From a virus (taxonomy: Duplodnaviria > Heunggongvirae > Uroviricota > Caudoviricetes), in the IMG/VR virus record IMGVR_UViG_2609459834_000011, positions 1 through 36,654 of that record: a stretch of 36,654 nt of DNA, one strand, 5' to 3'. The position numbers were made by a program, and so were the translations under genes. Position 1 is the stretch's first letter; each line of letters opens with the position of its first letter. Of the stretch, positions 16,556-27,581 are shown piece after piece. A model generated the notes under the pieces. It did not search any database and was not told the origin of the DNA. It saw only the letters and a list, made by a program, of their open reading frames with translations.

Positions 16556-17176
16556 ATGAACAGACCACACCCACCAGCGCATTTTACGATGCCACCTGAC
16601 CCGAAGCCTTACATCAGCATAATGCCCGCCATTGACGTTGGCGAGTGGCTGAATCAGCACATCCTGAGCGATGAGGGTGACCTCTACAACCCTGACCACC
16701 AGCATTTGCTTGAAGCGGATCTGTGCTTTCTCTGGGCGTCGAACGCTTTCGAGAAGAAAGGGCGTTCCGTGCTGGGGCAGGCGGAAGAAGTGGCAATGCG
16801 GGCTGGAGGCTGGCAGAAAGCGCGGATGGAGCAGCAGATGTATGAATGGTTCGGCAGGGTGCCGCAGTTCATCATCACGCTGGCCGCCGATTACTGCTCG
16901 CAATGTTCCGATCTGGAATTCTGCGCGCTGATAGAGCACGAGCTTTATCACATCTGCCAGGCGACAGATGAGTTTGGCGCGCCGAAGTTCACGCAAGAGG
17001 GGCTGCCAAAGCTGAAGCTACGCGGCCACGATGTGGAAGAGTTTGTTGGCGTGGTTCGCCGTTACGGTGCGAGCCGTGATGTGCAGGAAATGATTGATGC
17101 GGCGAATCAGCCTGCGGAGGTTGCTCATCTCGATATTGCCAGAGCGTGCGGGACGTGCATGCTGCGACTGGCTTAA
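16556..17176 (+). CDS. Putative zinc metallopeptidase-like protein (HExxH motif)
   Basis: 206 aa; ALIEHELYHICQA contains HExxH; several Cys near the C-terminus; located between lysis and packaging genes. Confidence 0.5.
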   Translation: MNRPHPPAHFTMPPDPKPYISIMPAIDVGEWLNQHILSDEGDLYNPDHQHLLEADLCFLWASNAFEKKGRSVLGQAEEVAMRAGGWQKARMEQQMYEWFGRVPQFIITLAADYCSQCSDLEFCALIEHELYHICQATDEFGAPKFTQEGLPKLKLRGHDVEEFVGVVRRYGASRDVQEMIDAANQPAEVAHLDIARACGTCMLRLA

Positions 17177-17207
17177 ATACTGGACTGTATAAGACGAATG
17201 GTGATTT

Positions 17208-17681
17208 ATGGCTGCATTAAAACCTGATGTGAAAGCCTTCATCATTCAGTCGCTTGCGTGCTATGACACGCCATCGCAGGTGGTCGAGGCTGTCCAAAAA
17301 GAATTCGGGATCAGGATCACCCGCCAGCAGGCTGAATCTCACGACCCCACGAAGGCCAGCGGTAAGACGCTCGCCAAAAAGTGGATCGAGATGTTCCACG
17401 CGACGCGCGAACGGTTCCTGACCGAAACCAGCGACATTCCGATAGCGAACAAATCCTATCGCCTCCGCGTGCTTGACCGCATGGCAACCAAAACCGAGGG
17501 GATGAAAAACTTCTCCCTGACGGCGCAGCTTATCGAACAGGCCGCGAAAGAGGTTGGCGACGCTTACACCAATAAGCTGAAGGTTGAGAGCACTGGCAAG
17601 GATGGCGGCCCGATCAAGACCGAGACGACCAACCTCACCGCAGATCAGGCCGCAGAGATTTACCGCAAGATGATGGGGTGA
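17208..17681 (+). CDS. Putative terminase small subunit
   Basis: 157 aa immediately upstream of and overlapping the terminase large subunit; assignment mainly positional. Confidence 0.5.
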   Translation: MAALKPDVKAFIIQSLACYDTPSQVVEAVQKEFGIRITRQQAESHDPTKASGKTLAKKWIEMFHATRERFLTETSDIPIANKSYRLRVLDRMATKTEGMKNFSLTAQLIEQAAKEVGDAYTNKLKVESTGKDGGPIKTETTNLTADQAAEIYRKMMG

Positions 17682-17683
17682 TC

Positions 17684-19306
17684 ATGCCTCTCCCGTTTGA
17701 ATTCGATTTCAGAAACCCTGATTACCAGATGGTTTTTGAATGGCGGATGGAGCGCTTACAGCGCATTCGCCAGAACCCTGAAATGCTGCCAGCGCTAAAG
17801 CAGTTTTATCGCACCAACCCGGCACAGTTCATCATCGACTGGGGTATGACTACTGACCCGCGTAACATCGATTATGGCCTGCCGGTCACCATCCCTTTTC
17901 TGCTGTTCCCGAAACAGGAAGAGTGGATTCACTGGATCATGGAGCGGCGCGAACGACTGGAGAACGGCATCACCGAAAAGAGCCGCGAAATGGGGCTCAG
18001 TTGGACCGCGATCGGGCTGGCCTGCTCGCTTTGTCTCTTCAACAAAGAAATGGTTATCGGTTTCGGCTCCCGTAAAGAGGAATACGTCGACAGCACCGGT
18101 GACCCGAAGGCGCTGTTCTGGAAGGCGCGAAAGTTCGTGGAAACACTGCCCATCGAGTTTCGTGGTTCGTGGGACGAGAAGAAGCATGCGCCGTATATGC
18201 GCGTTGAGTTTCCAGATACTGGCGCGGTTATCAAAGGCGAGGCTGGCGACAATATCGGACGTGGTGACCGTACCACGCTCTACCTGGTGGATGAAGCTGC
18301 ATTCCTCCAGCGTCCTCTGTTGATTGATGCGGCGCTGTCGCAAACCACCCGTTGCCGTATTGACCTGAGCTCGGTTAATGGCATGGCGAACCCGTTCGCG
18401 CAGAAGCGCCACGGCGGAAAGATACCAGTATTCACGTTCCACTGGCGAGATGACCCGCGCAAGGATGAAGAGTGGTATCGCAGGGAGTGCGAGAAAATCG
18501 ACAATCCGGTGGTGGTGGCGCAGGAACTTGACCTGAACTACAGCGCATCTGCGGAAGGCGTCCTGATCCCGTCCGACTGGGTACAGGCTGCCGTCGACGC
18601 GCATATCAAACTTGGTATTCAGCCAACGGGCAAGCGACTGGGCGCGATGGACGTCGCCGACGAAGGCCGGGACAAAAATGCCTTTTCGACCCGTCACGGC
18701 TTCCTTCTGGAGAACGTGCGTGAATGGTCCGGCGTTGGCAGCGACATTTACCAGTCTGTTGAGAAGGTCTTCGGCTTTTGCGAACAGGACAACCTCGAAG
18801 AATTTCGCTTCGACGAGGACGGCCTGGGCGCTGGCGTTCGCGGCGATGCACGCGCCATCAACGAACTGCGTAACGCTGCGCGCCGACCGTCAATACTCGC
18901 CACACCGTTTCGCGGTAGCGGCGCGGTGTTTGATCCGGACGACGAAGCGGTGCGCGGCGACAACGGACAGGCCGCCCGCCTGAACAAGGACTTCTTTGCT
19001 AACGCCAAGGCCCAGAGCTGGTGGTGGCTACGCAAGCTTTTCCAGAACACCTATCGCGCCGTGGTTGAGGGCATGGCCTACAACCCGGACGAAATTATCT
19101 CAATCAGCAGCGCCATGGCGAGCAAAGACAAACTCATCATCGAGCTGTCGCAACCGACCTATTCCATTAACGGCGTGGGGAAAATCGTTGTTGATAAACA
19201 GCCTGACGGCACCAAGTCGCCGAACCTCGCCGACTCGGTGATGATCAGCTACGCGCCAATGAATTCAGCCCTGAACATCTGGGAGCTGCTAGGGAGACAG
19301 GCCTGA
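17684..19306 (+). CDS. Terminase large subunit
   Basis: About 540 aa; ATPase (Walker B-like LYLVDEAAF) and nuclease regions in terminase order; the ORF track begins at an overlapping GTG (17678), ATG at 17684 chosen. Confidence 0.9.
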   Translation: MPLPFEFDFRNPDYQMVFEWRMERLQRIRQNPEMLPALKQFYRTNPAQFIIDWGMTTDPRNIDYGLPVTIPFLLFPKQEEWIHWIMERRERLENGITEKSREMGLSWTAIGLACSLCLFNKEMVIGFGSRKEEYVDSTGDPKALFWKARKFVETLPIEFRGSWDEKKHAPYMRVEFPDTGAVIKGEAGDNIGRGDRTTLYLVDEAAFLQRPLLIDAALSQTTRCRIDLSSVNGMANPFAQKRHGGKIPVFTFHWRDDPRKDEEWYRRECEKIDNPVVVAQELDLNYSASAEGVLIPSDWVQAAVDAHIKLGIQPTGKRLGAMDVADEGRDKNAFSTRHGFLLENVREWSGVGSDIYQSVEKVFGFCEQDNLEEFRFDEDGLGAGVRGDARAINELRNAARRPSILATPFRGSGAVFDPDDEAVRGDNGQAARLNKDFFANAKAQSWWWLRKLFQNTYRAVVEGMAYNPDEIISISSAMASKDKLIIELSQPTYSINGVGKIVVDKQPDGTKSPNLADSVMISYAPMNSALNIWELLGRQA

Positions 19307-20775
19307 TGGCACGAAACAAGCAATCCTCTCAGCGAACGGCACAGGCCACCGCTGACGGCTACGAGAACTTCGTCGCCCGCGTTGGGATGCAGACGCCTAA
19401 CCAGCATTCAGCATCGACCTACCGGGCGAACTTCCCCAGCCGCAACCGCATGCTGGTGGAATGGTCATATCGCGGTTCGTGGGTTATCGGTGAAGCGGTC
19501 GACGCTATCCCGGACGATATGACCCGAAAGGGCATTCGCATCACTTCGGAGATTGACGCCAAAGACCGTGGCACCCTCGAAGCGCAACTGGATGAGTTGC
19601 AGATCTGGGATGCGCTGAACGACGTGCTGAAATGGTCGCGCCTCTACGGCGGCGCGGTCGGCTTCATCATGATCGAGGGGCAAGCACCAATGACCCCGCT
19701 GCGACTCGAAACCATTGGCGAGGGCAAGTTTAAGGGCATTCTCCCGCTCGACCGCTGGATGATTAACCCGGTGCTGACACGCCGCATTAAAGAGATGGGG
19801 CCGGACCTCGGCAAGCCTGAGTTTTACGACGTGGTGACCACCGCAACGGGCATTCCGGCCTGGCGCATCCATCACAGCCGCCTGATCCGCTTTGATGGCG
19901 TCACGCTGCCATTCCAGCAGAAGATGACCGAAAACGAATGGGGAATGTCGGTTGTAGAGCGTATCTGGGATCGGCTTACTGCGTTCGATAGCGCCACTGT
20001 CGGCGCGGCGCAGCTGGTCTATAAAGCGCATCTGCGTACCTATAGCGTGGAGAAGTTGCGCGAGCTTATCGCGCTTGGAGGCCCGGCGTTCGAAGCGTTG
20101 CTGAAGAACATCAACCTGATCCGCCAGTTCCAGAGCAATGAAGGTATGACGCTCATGGACTCGCGGGATAAGTTCGAAACCCACCAGTACAGCTTTAGTG
20201 GTCTGGATGACATTCTTTCGCAGTTTGCTGAGCAGATCAGCGGTGCCGTTGGTATCCCGCTGGTACGCCTGTTCGGTCAATCCCCGAAAGGCTTCTCTAC
20301 TGGTGATGCAGACCTCGCCAACTATTACGACCGGGTGAGCTCATTGCAGGAGCGCCGCTTACGGCTGCCGATGCGCCGGATACTGGACATTATGCACCGC
20401 TCGGAACTCGGAAAGCCGCTGCCGGACGATTTCACGTTTGAGTTTAACCCGCTATGGCAAATGTCAGACGTTGACCGATCAACGGTGGCCGTAAACACCA
20501 CCAACGCGATCAGTACCGCGCTGGGCGACGGATTGATGACGCGTAAGGCGGCGATGACCGACCTGCGCGAAAACTCTGACGTCACCGGCATCGGGGCATC
20601 CATTACCGACGAGGATATCGAGAATGCCGAAGACGAAGCGCCGCCAGGCATCGGCGAACTTGGCGACAAACCGCCAGAGCCGCCAGGCGGAGATCCGATA
20701 TCGAACGAGCCTACGGCAGATAGCGCGGGCGGTCGGGGATATCGTAAATGGTCGCTACGATGGTTCAAACGATAG
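19306..20775 (+). CDS. Portal protein
   Basis: 489 aa directly after terminase (TGATG overlap); acidic C-terminal tail; position and size typical of a portal. Confidence 0.8.
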   Translation: MARNKQSSQRTAQATADGYENFVARVGMQTPNQHSASTYRANFPSRNRMLVEWSYRGSWVIGEAVDAIPDDMTRKGIRITSEIDAKDRGTLEAQLDELQIWDALNDVLKWSRLYGGAVGFIMIEGQAPMTPLRLETIGEGKFKGILPLDRWMINPVLTRRIKEMGPDLGKPEFYDVVTTATGIPAWRIHHSRLIRFDGVTLPFQQKMTENEWGMSVVERIWDRLTAFDSATVGAAQLVYKAHLRTYSVEKLRELIALGGPAFEALLKNINLIRQFQSNEGMTLMDSRDKFETHQYSFSGLDDILSQFAEQISGAVGIPLVRLFGQSPKGFSTGDADLANYYDRVSSLQERRLRLPMRRILDIMHRSELGKPLPDDFTFEFNPLWQMSDVDRSTVAVNTTNAISTALGDGLMTRKAAMTDLRENSDVTGIGASITDEDIENAEDEAPPGIGELGDKPPEPPGGDPISNEPTADSAGGRGYRKWSLRWFKR

Positions 20776-21397
20776 CGTCACCGAAATAATGGATGCGCTG
20801 GAGCGCTACAGCGAAATCATCACCCCCTGGGCGACTAAGGTTGCTGAGAGCTTCACCGCCGACATTGCGCGCCAGAATGAAAAGCAGTGGCGTCAGCACA
20901 GCCGGAACATCAGCGCAGAACTACGCAACATGGTCGACCGCGCCCCGGTAGGCCAGGTGATGAAATCCATCGTCGCCGAGCAAATTAAGTACATCAAATC
21001 TCTGCCTCTTGAGGCCGCCGATCGGGTGTATGACATTCAGAACAAGGCCATCGAGGCTGTAGTAACTGGTGGCCGCGCTGAGCCATTCGCGAAAGAGATA
21101 GCTGCTTCCGGTGACGTGTCACGCTCACGAGCGAACCTTATCGCCCGGACTGAGCTTGGGCGCGCAACCGGTGCACTGGATCAGGCGCGTGCGCTGTCAA
21201 TCGGCTCGAATGGTTATATATGGCGTACAGCCGAAGATGGCGACGTCCGGCATTCTCATCGGGAGATGGAAGGGAAGTTTGTCGAATGGGGCCGACCTCC
21301 AACGCTTGACGGCATGACCGGTCACGCTGGCGAGCTCCCGAACTGCCGCTGTTACAAAGAAATCGTCTTCCCCAACCCTCATTCTTATCTCGCCTGA
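20624..21397 (+). CDS. Head morphogenesis protein (Mu F / SPP1 gp7-like minor head protein)
   Basis: 257 aa; follows the portal as minor head proteins usually do; start overlaps the portal 3' end by about 150 nt in another frame (alternative in-frame ATG at 20789). Confidence 0.7.
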   Translation: MPKTKRRQASANLATNRQSRQAEIRYRTSLRQIARAVGDIVNGRYDGSNDSVTEIMDALERYSEIITPWATKVAESFTADIARQNEKQWRQHSRNISAELRNMVDRAPVGQVMKSIVAEQIKYIKSLPLEAADRVYDIQNKAIEAVVTGGRAEPFAKEIAASGDVSRSRANLIARTELGRATGALDQARALSIGSNGYIWRTAEDGDVRHSHREMEGKFVEWGRPPTLDGMTGHAGELPNCRCYKEIVFPNPHSYLA

Positions 21398-21411
21398 ATC
21401 GCAGGTAAACC

Positions 21412-22644
21412 ATGAAATATTTTTTCAATACCCGGCTGGGGGAAACCCGTTATCAGCTGGCTGACGGCTCGCTGCTGTGCAAAGACGTGCCGATAGGTCG
21501 AACGGGTAAGCAGCTTTACGGCGCTGCCGATCTGCCAAACCTCAAACCCGACAAGCTCGGCGAGATAGTCGTAACGCGCTCTCCTGATCAGGTATTCCAT
21601 CCGGCCACGCTCGCCTCATTCGAAGGGATGAGCATCACGATCCTGCATCCTGAAGATGAAAACGGGAATGTGCGGCTGGTCAACCCCGAGAACTGGAAAG
21701 AGCTTGCGGTCGGGCATCTTCAGAACGTTCGGCGCGGGACTGGTGATCAGTCTGATTTGATGCTGGCTGACCTTATCGTCAAAGACGAAAGCGCCATTCA
21801 GCTGATCGAAGATGGTCTGCGCGAAGTGTCGTGCGGCTATGACGCTGAGTACGAGCAGACCGAACCCGGAAAAGCCGAGCAGGTCGATATTACCGGAAAC
21901 CATGTGGCTCTTGTCCCTAAAGGCAGAGCCGGAAATCGTTGTGCAATTGGAGACAGAGACACAATGGCAAATCAAAAGAAAAGCTGGTGGACCCGCATGC
22001 GCACGGCCATCAAAACGGGTGATGCTGACACCATGAACGAACTGCTGGACTCTGCGCCAGCGGCGGTAACGGGCGATGAAGGGGATCTGCCGAGCGGCGT
22101 TAACCTCAACATTAATCTTTCACCGCAACAACCATTGCCGGACAAAAAGCCGGAAATGGGCGGAGAGCCAACCGGCGACGGCGAGGACGATATCAAAACC
22201 TTGCTCAAAGCCCTGCTGGCTAAGCTGGAAGGTACTGCAACGGGCGATAACGACGATAAGCCTGACGGCAAAGATAACAAAGACCCTACCGGCGACGGTG
22301 AGGACGACGAAGAGGAAACCACGATTACCGGTGACGCTGCTTATCGTGCCGAAGTTATCGTTCCGGGTATCGATCTGAGCCGTAAGGTGAAACCGACCGC
22401 GTTCAAACGTGATGTGCTGTCCGCCGCTGACAAAACACTGGTTCGCCAGGTTGTCGGTGATGCAGATATCCGCAAATTGCCCAAGCAATCGGTAGATATG
22501 GCGTTTAACGCCGTGTCAGAGATTGCCAAAGGGCGAAACACCCGCAGCACCACGGGCGATGCACAACGTCCAAATATGGGCATGACCAGCATCGCTTCCC
22601 TGAACAAACAAAACGCCGACTTCTGGTCTAACCGCAAAGGATAA
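21412..22644 (+). CDS. Putative prohead scaffolding and/or protease protein
   Basis: 410 aa with a long acidic low-complexity linker (TGDGEDD...DNDDKPDGKDNKDPTGDGEDDEEE); sits between the minor head and capsid genes. Confidence 0.45.
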   Translation: MKYFFNTRLGETRYQLADGSLLCKDVPIGRTGKQLYGAADLPNLKPDKLGEIVVTRSPDQVFHPATLASFEGMSITILHPEDENGNVRLVNPENWKELAVGHLQNVRRGTGDQSDLMLADLIVKDESAIQLIEDGLREVSCGYDAEYEQTEPGKAEQVDITGNHVALVPKGRAGNRCAIGDRDTMANQKKSWWTRMRTAIKTGDADTMNELLDSAPAAVTGDEGDLPSGVNLNINLSPQQPLPDKKPEMGGEPTGDGEDDIKTLLKALLAKLEGTATGDNDDKPDGKDNKDPTGDGEDDEEETTITGDAAYRAEVIVPGIDLSRKVKPTAFKRDVLSAADKTLVRQVVGDADIRKLPKQSVDMAFNAVSEIAKGRNTRSTTGDAQRPNMGMTSIASLNKQNADFWSNRKG

Positions 22645-22648
22645 TCCA

Positions 22649-23152
22649 ATGACTGCATATCTGTACCGGATGCCTGTTGGCATTGCCGGGGCTATCTCTC
22701 GCCCGCAGGACTTAACCGTCGAACCGGTGATCCTTAAATCCGCTAACGCCTTCGCTGCCTATGGTCTGGCTGGCAAATATGACGCTGACGGCTTTTTCGT
22801 GCCGCTGGCGGACGGTGACACCGCCGACAAGGTGAAGGGGATCTACGTTCGTCCGTATCCGACCACATCGCAGCCAGACATGGTTCGCCAGGTGGGGACG
22901 GATAAGAACTTCCCGGGTGACGCCATGAAGCGTGGCTACATGACCGTTAATCTCGGTTCTGATTTTGATGCCAGCACCATCAAAAAAGGCGACCCGGTAT
23001 ACGTTGTCGTCTCCACTGATGAATCCATCAAAGTGCCGCTGGGCGGCTTCATGTCCACGTCCGTCAGTGGCAAAAACGTGGCGCTGACCAACGCCGAATT
23101 CACAGGGGCCGGTGACGCTAACGGCAATGCAGAAATCTCCTGGAAGATTTAA
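22649..23152 (+). CDS. Head structural protein (possible decoration protein)
   Basis: 167 aa ORF immediately upstream of the major capsid gene. Confidence 0.4.
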   Translation: MTAYLYRMPVGIAGAISRPQDLTVEPVILKSANAFAAYGLAGKYDADGFFVPLADGDTADKVKGIYVRPYPTTSQPDMVRQVGTDKNFPGDAMKRGYMTVNLGSDFDASTIKKGDPVYVVVSTDESIKVPLGGFMSTSVSGKNVALTNAEFTGAGDANGNAEISWKI

Positions 23153-23163
23153 GGAACAGACGA

Positions 23164-24105
23164 ATGATTACTTTTGATCAGGCAACCGTTGATAGCTCTG
23201 GTGCCTTTCTCATCGGGGAGCTGGAGCGACTCGACCAGACGCTGAACCTGCCGCTGGTGGGTTACACCTGGACCCGCGATATTCAGCTGCGTGAAGACGT
23301 TTCTATCGCAGATGACATTTCCAGCTGGACTAACACCAGTTTTGGCGCTGCTGGTACTGGCGCAAATCCGAACGGTAAAAACTGGGTAGGCAAAGACTCC
23401 ACTGCTATTGCTGGCGTGAATGTTGATATCGGCAAAGACGGCAATCCGCTGAACCTCTGGGGCATGGAACTGGGCTGGACCGTTGTAGAGCTGGCAGCAG
23501 CTCAGCAGGTAGGTCGCCCGATTGATACCCAGAAGTACGACGGGATGCAGCTCAAATGGCAGATGGACAACGACGAGCAGGTTTACATTGGCGATGATGC
23601 GCTCGGCCTGAAAGGGCTGGCAAACCTTGTCGGTGTGACGCTGAACAATGCGCCGAAGACCTGGGCGAACTCCACCAACGACGAGATTCTCGATAGCGTG
23701 AACAGCATTCTGTCGAATGCCTGGTCAGCATCCGGTTATTCCGTCGTGCCTTCTGATCTGCGCATTCCGCCAGAGCAGTATTCACTGCTGGCGAGCCGTA
23801 AGGTTTCCGAAGCGGGTAACCAGTCGCTGCTGACCTATCTGGCCGTGAACACTATCGCTTTCCACCAGAACGGCGTTCCGCTGGAAATCAAAGCGGTTAA
23901 ATGGCTGAAAGGGCGCGGGGTTGGCGGTAAAGACCGTATGGTCGCCTACACCAACGACAAGAAATACGTGCGCTATCCGCTGGTGCCGTTGCAGAGCGTT
24001 CCTGTCCAGTATCGCGGTCTGTATCAGATTGCGACCTACTACGGCAAGCTCGGTGCGGTTGAGCCAGTGTACAAAGAAACCCTGTCCTACGTGGACGGTA
24101 TCTGA
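23164..24105 (+). CDS. Major capsid protein
   Basis: 313 aa; position after the scaffold-like gene; followed by a strong GNRA hairpin, as often seen after highly expressed capsid genes. Confidence 0.6.
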   Translation: MITFDQATVDSSGAFLIGELERLDQTLNLPLVGYTWTRDIQLREDVSIADDISSWTNTSFGAAGTGANPNGKNWVGKDSTAIAGVNVDIGKDGNPLNLWGMELGWTVVELAAAQQVGRPIDTQKYDGMQLKWQMDNDEQVYIGDDALGLKGLANLVGVTLNNAPKTWANSTNDEILDSVNSILSNAWSASGYSVVPSDLRIPPEQYSLLASRKVSEAGNQSLLTYLAVNTIAFHQNGVPLEIKAVKWLKGRGVGGKDRMVAYTNDKKYVRYPLVPLQSVPVQYRGLYQIATYYGKLGAVEPVYKETLSYVDGI

Positions 24106-24115
24106 TAACCAGAAC

Positions 24116-24131
24116 GGCCCCGAAAGGGGCC
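24116..24131 (+). other. Perfect hairpin GGCCCC-GAAA-GGGGCC downstream of the capsid gene (RNA stabiliser or partial terminator)
   Basis: 6-bp GC stem with GNRA tetraloop, 11 nt after the capsid stop and 15 nt before the next start; no U-tract. Confidence 0.4.
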
Positions 24132-24146
24132 AGAAGGGAACTGAAA

Positions 24147-24536
24147 ATGGCGAAAGAAAAGCTGGTTACCATCCATGTTCACACCCCGTTTACGCTGACG
24201 CTCGGCGATCAGTCAAAAAGGGAGTTTGGCCGGGGACGGCATAACGTACCGGAAGAGGTCGCGTCGCACTGGTTCACCCAGGCGCACTCCGAGCTTTCCG
24301 AAAGCGTGATTAGCGACACCGATGATCTGCAACCCATTATCGACAGCCTGCAAGCTCAGATTGCCGACAAAGATAAGCAGATTATCGATAAAGATCAGTT
24401 GATTGCCGATCTGCGAGAAGCGCTGCTCAAGCTGCAAGAGCAGAACGACAGCCTGCAAGCGCAGATTGCTGCCGCCCAGACTGGCGGTAATGGGGCGAAA
24501 GATGCCAAAGAATCAAAGCCTGCCAACAGTAAGTGA
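24147..24536 (+). CDS. Hypothetical head-tail region protein with C-terminal coiled coil
   Basis: 129 aa; SD GGGAA upstream; C-terminus [44 protein letters not shown]. Confidence 0.45.
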   Translation: MAKEKLVTIHVHTPFTLTLGDQSKREFGRGRHNVPEEVASHWFTQAHSELSESVISDTDDLQPIIDSLQAQIADKDKQIIDKDQLIADLREALLKLQEQNDSLQAQIAAAQTGGNGAKDAKESKPANSK

Positions 24537-24909
24537 TTTTCGGCGCGACTTTCCACAGTTTGCTGACCCTGCCAAATATCCCGAAGCACAAATCCAGTTT
24601 CGTCTGAATCTGGCTGATGTGCTGCTGAGCGAAAACGTCACCGGCAAAGAGTTGTTTCCGTACTTTGTCGAGTTGTTCGTGGCTCACTACATGACGCTCT
24701 GGGCGGCAGATAGCCGGGCAATGCTCGTCGGCGGCCCGGGTGGCTCAACCAATGGTGTTCAGTCCTCCAAGTCCGTTGACAAGGTAAGCGTCAGCTATGA
24801 CACCAGCGCGACGCTAAACCCTGACGCAGGCTTCTGGAATAACACCCGATATGGCGCTGAATTTTATCAGCTGATCACGATGTTCGGTGCGGGCGGTCGC
24901 CAGCTATGA
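24502..24909 (+). CDS. Hypothetical head-tail joining protein
   Basis: 135 aa from ATG at 24502 (alternative ATG 24490; the ORF track frame opens at 24403); start uncertain. Confidence 0.4.
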   Translation: MPKNQSLPTVSDFRRDFPQFADPAKYPEAQIQFRLNLADVLLSENVTGKELFPYFVELFVAHYMTLWAADSRAMLVGGPGGSTNGVQSSKSVDKVSVSYDTSATLNPDAGFWNNTRYGAEFYQLITMFGAGGRQL

Positions 24910-25493
24910 GTTTCAAAAGTGGTGTAACAACGAGGGTTGATAACGCTCAGGCCATTCTGGATGCGCTCCGGTCGCTAACCAAAAAGGATGTGCTGGTGGG
25001 CATCCCGGAAGAAGACAGCGAGCGTGAGGATGTTCCGTTTGGTAATGCCGGGATCGGTTACGTCAACGAATACGGCTCACCAGCGCAAAACATACCCCCA
25101 CGCCCGCACCTGATCCCCGGCGTTAAATCCGTAGAGGAACAGACGGTGCCGCAGCTCAAAGCAGCGGCGCAGGCTGCGCTTGATGGAAATGCGGCGGGTG
25201 CGGAAAGAGCGCTTAACCGCGCCGGAACGCTGGCCGCGAATGGCGTCAGGCGTTACATGACCATTACCGGCTTTACACCGCTTGCTGATAGCACCGTTGA
25301 AGCACGCGCGCGTCGAGGGCGCAAAGGGGCGAAAGCTGAGTTAGCACGCAGATCGGCAGACGGAAAGCTTAATGCTATCAACCCAGATTCTGGTCAATTG
25401 ATAAGCAATGAGAATGTAAGGCCGTTGATTGATACCGGACAGTACCGCAGAGCTATTACCCATATTGTGAGGGATAAAGATGCCGAATCTTGA
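24906..25493 (+). CDS. Hypothetical virion morphogenesis protein
   Basis: 195 aa; ATGA overlap with the upstream gene. Confidence 0.45.
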   Translation: MSFKSGVTTRVDNAQAILDALRSLTKKDVLVGIPEEDSEREDVPFGNAGIGYVNEYGSPAQNIPPRPHLIPGVKSVEEQTVPQLKAAAQAALDGNAAGAERALNRAGTLAANGVRRYMTITGFTPLADSTVEARARRGRKGAKAELARRSADGKLNAINPDSGQLISNENVRPLIDTGQYRRAITHIVRDKDAES

Positions 25494-25869
25494 TGTGACG
25501 GACGTGCTTTTTGACCCCGATTTTTGCGACTTCAACCTGTGGGTAACGCGTCGCGCGCAAACGGTGGACGATGACGGGATCGGCAGCGACAGCGAAGTTA
25601 AAACGCAGTTTGCCGGGGTTGTTACTGTTGACCGCTCCCTGGAAAACCGCCGCATGCAGGCCGGGCAGGTTATCAGCGGCGCGATTCTCATCGTGACAAC
25701 TGAGCGGCTGACGCAGGGGCAGACTGGCCGTGATGCCGATATCGTGACGTATCAGAACCGTGATTATCGCGTGACATTCGTCGACCCGTATACGGCTTAC
25801 GGTGCTGGCTTCGTCCAGGCTCATTGTGAATTACTGCCGTTTGATGGGGGAACTCCCGTTGAGCAATAA
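25480..25869 (+). CDS. Hypothetical head-tail / tail completion protein
   Basis: 129 aa; overlaps the upstream gene by 14 nt. Confidence 0.45.
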   Translation: MPNLDVTDVLFDPDFCDFNLWVTRRAQTVDDDGIGSDSEVKTQFAGVVTVDRSLENRRMQAGQVISGAILIVTTERLTQGQTGRDADIVTYQNRDYRVTFVDPYTAYGAGFVQAHCELLPFDGGTPVEQ

Positions 25870-26407
25870 CACCAGCACAGAGCGCGGCTGGCTGATACCA
25901 ACCAGTGGCGATCCGGATTATGACGAAGCGCTCGACAGGCTGCTAAGCCAGTGGATGCGCAATGTTTCCGGCTTGCCGTCTGGAATGGTTCGTCCGCGCT
26001 GGCAGAAAAATCAGCCGCCACTGCCACCCGTTGAAACGAACTGGTGCGCGTTTGGCGTTACCGGGTTGCTCATTGATAACAACCCTGCATTCACCAATCA
26101 GACCGACGAGGGCGCTCAGCTCTGGCGGCATGAAACGTTCGAGTGCATGGCGTCGTTCTATGGCCCGGCTGGTATGTCTTATGCGTCCCGTTTTCGCGAT
26201 GGCATATCTGTCCCGCAAAACAATGCTGAGCTGAACGCGCTTGGTTTGTCTCTGGGCGACTATACCGGTCTGACCCCTTTCCCCGAACTTATCAACCAGC
26301 AATGGGTTCGCCGCTACGACATGACGGTGCGCCTGCGCCGGAAGGTTGTGCGCGAGTACGGTATTAAATCGCTGGTGGAAGCGCCAGTCACCTTTTTTGG
26401 AGAATAA
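25844..26407 (+). CDS. Hypothetical tail-associated protein
   Basis: 187 aa from ATG at 25844 (the ORF track frame opens at 25802); immediately upstream of the sheath gene. Confidence 0.45.
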   Translation: MGELPLSNNTSTERGWLIPTSGDPDYDEALDRLLSQWMRNVSGLPSGMVRPRWQKNQPPLPPVETNWCAFGVTGLLIDNNPAFTNQTDEGAQLWRHETFECMASFYGPAGMSYASRFRDGISVPQNNAELNALGLSLGDYTGLTPFPELINQQWVRRYDMTVRLRRKVVREYGIKSLVEAPVTFFGE

Positions 26408-26410
26408 ACT

Positions 26411-27571
26411 ATGACGCAGGGCTTACCTGTATCCAACGTTGTAAACGTTGATGTGATCATCTCGCCGAAAGCGGCTACTGGTCGTAACTTCGGCGCGCTG
26501 CTAATCCTTGGCTCTTCCACTGTCATTCCGGTGACAGAACGTACTCGCCTATATGCTTCCATTGAGGACATTGGCGAAGACTTCGGTGTCGACAGCCCGG
26601 AATATAAAGCAGCGCAGGTTTTCTTCAGCCAGTCACCGAAGCCGACACAGGTTTATGTTGGTCGCTGGGCGAAGACGCTGAGTTCTTCCGAGAGTGGAGA
26701 TACTGAAACTATCGTGCAAGCCGTTAATGCCTGCCTGCAATATACCAACTGGTATGGGCTGGTTGTCGCTGATGATGTTGTCGCTGGTGGCGATGTGCTT
26801 GATGCTGATGACGTGATTGAGGTCGCCAAACTTATTGAAGCGTCCAGCCTTAGCCGTATCTTTGGTGTGACCTCTGCCGACGCCGAGATTATCAGCACGA
26901 CTTCGACGACCGATGTTGCGTCGAAATTAAAGGCTGGCAAGTATGCCCGTACCTTTATTCAGTATTCCACCAGCAGCCCTTACGCAGCGGTTTCTGCTTT
27001 CGGTCGTGCGTTTACTGTCAATTTCAACGGCAGCAATACCACCATTACCCTGAAGTTCAAACAGGAACCAAGCGTAACCTACGAAACGTTGACGGTAGGC
27101 CAGGCGGCTGCGGTGGATACGAAGAATGCGAACGTGTTCGTGTACTACGCCAACGACACGGCGATCCTGCAACAGGGTGTCATGGCGAACGGTGACTTCT
27201 TCGACGAGCGCCACGGGCTCGACTGGTTGCAGAACTACGTTCAGACCAACCTCTATAACCTGCTTTACACCAGCACCACCAAAATTCCGCAGACTGATGC
27301 CGGTGTGACCCGTCTGCTTTCCAACGTTGAACAGTCCATGGATCAGTCCGTCACGAACGGTCTGGTAGCTGCTGGCGTGTGGAATGGTGGCCCTATCGGA
27401 CAGCTGAATTCCGGCGATACGCTGACCAAAGGCTATTACGTGTATGCGCAACCGCTGTCCGAACAGGCGCAGGCCGACCGCGAAGCGCGCAAAGCACCGT
27501 TAATCCAGGTGGCCTGTAAGCTGGCTGGCGCAGTTCATTATGCCGATGTGCAGATCAACGTGGTTCGCTAA
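26411..27571 (+). CDS. Tail sheath protein (contractile tail)
   Basis: 386 aa; first gene of a sheath, tube, frameshifted chaperone, tape measure series; assignment by synteny and size. Confidence 0.55.
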   Translation: MTQGLPVSNVVNVDVIISPKAATGRNFGALLILGSSTVIPVTERTRLYASIEDIGEDFGVDSPEYKAAQVFFSQSPKPTQVYVGRWAKTLSSSESGDTETIVQAVNACLQYTNWYGLVVADDVVAGGDVLDADDVIEVAKLIEASSLSRIFGVTSADAEIISTTSTTDVASKLKAGKYARTFIQYSTSSPYAAVSAFGRAFTVNFNGSNTTITLKFKQEPSVTYETLTVGQAAAVDTKNANVFVYYANDTAILQQGVMANGDFFDERHGLDWLQNYVQTNLYNLLYTSTTKIPQTDAGVTRLLSNVEQSMDQSVTNGLVAAGVWNGGPIGQLNSGDTLTKGYYVYAQPLSEQAQADREARKAPLIQVACKLAGAVHYADVQINVVR

Positions 27572-27581
27572 GGAGCGATAA

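Noticed and set aside
17795-18697. 300-aa minus-strand ORF, plus other long antisense ORFs at 19465-20280 and 21972-22322
   Set aside because: They lie antisense within the terminase, portal and scaffold genes, which have strong positional and sequence support; GC-rich coding DNA commonly yields such shadow frames.
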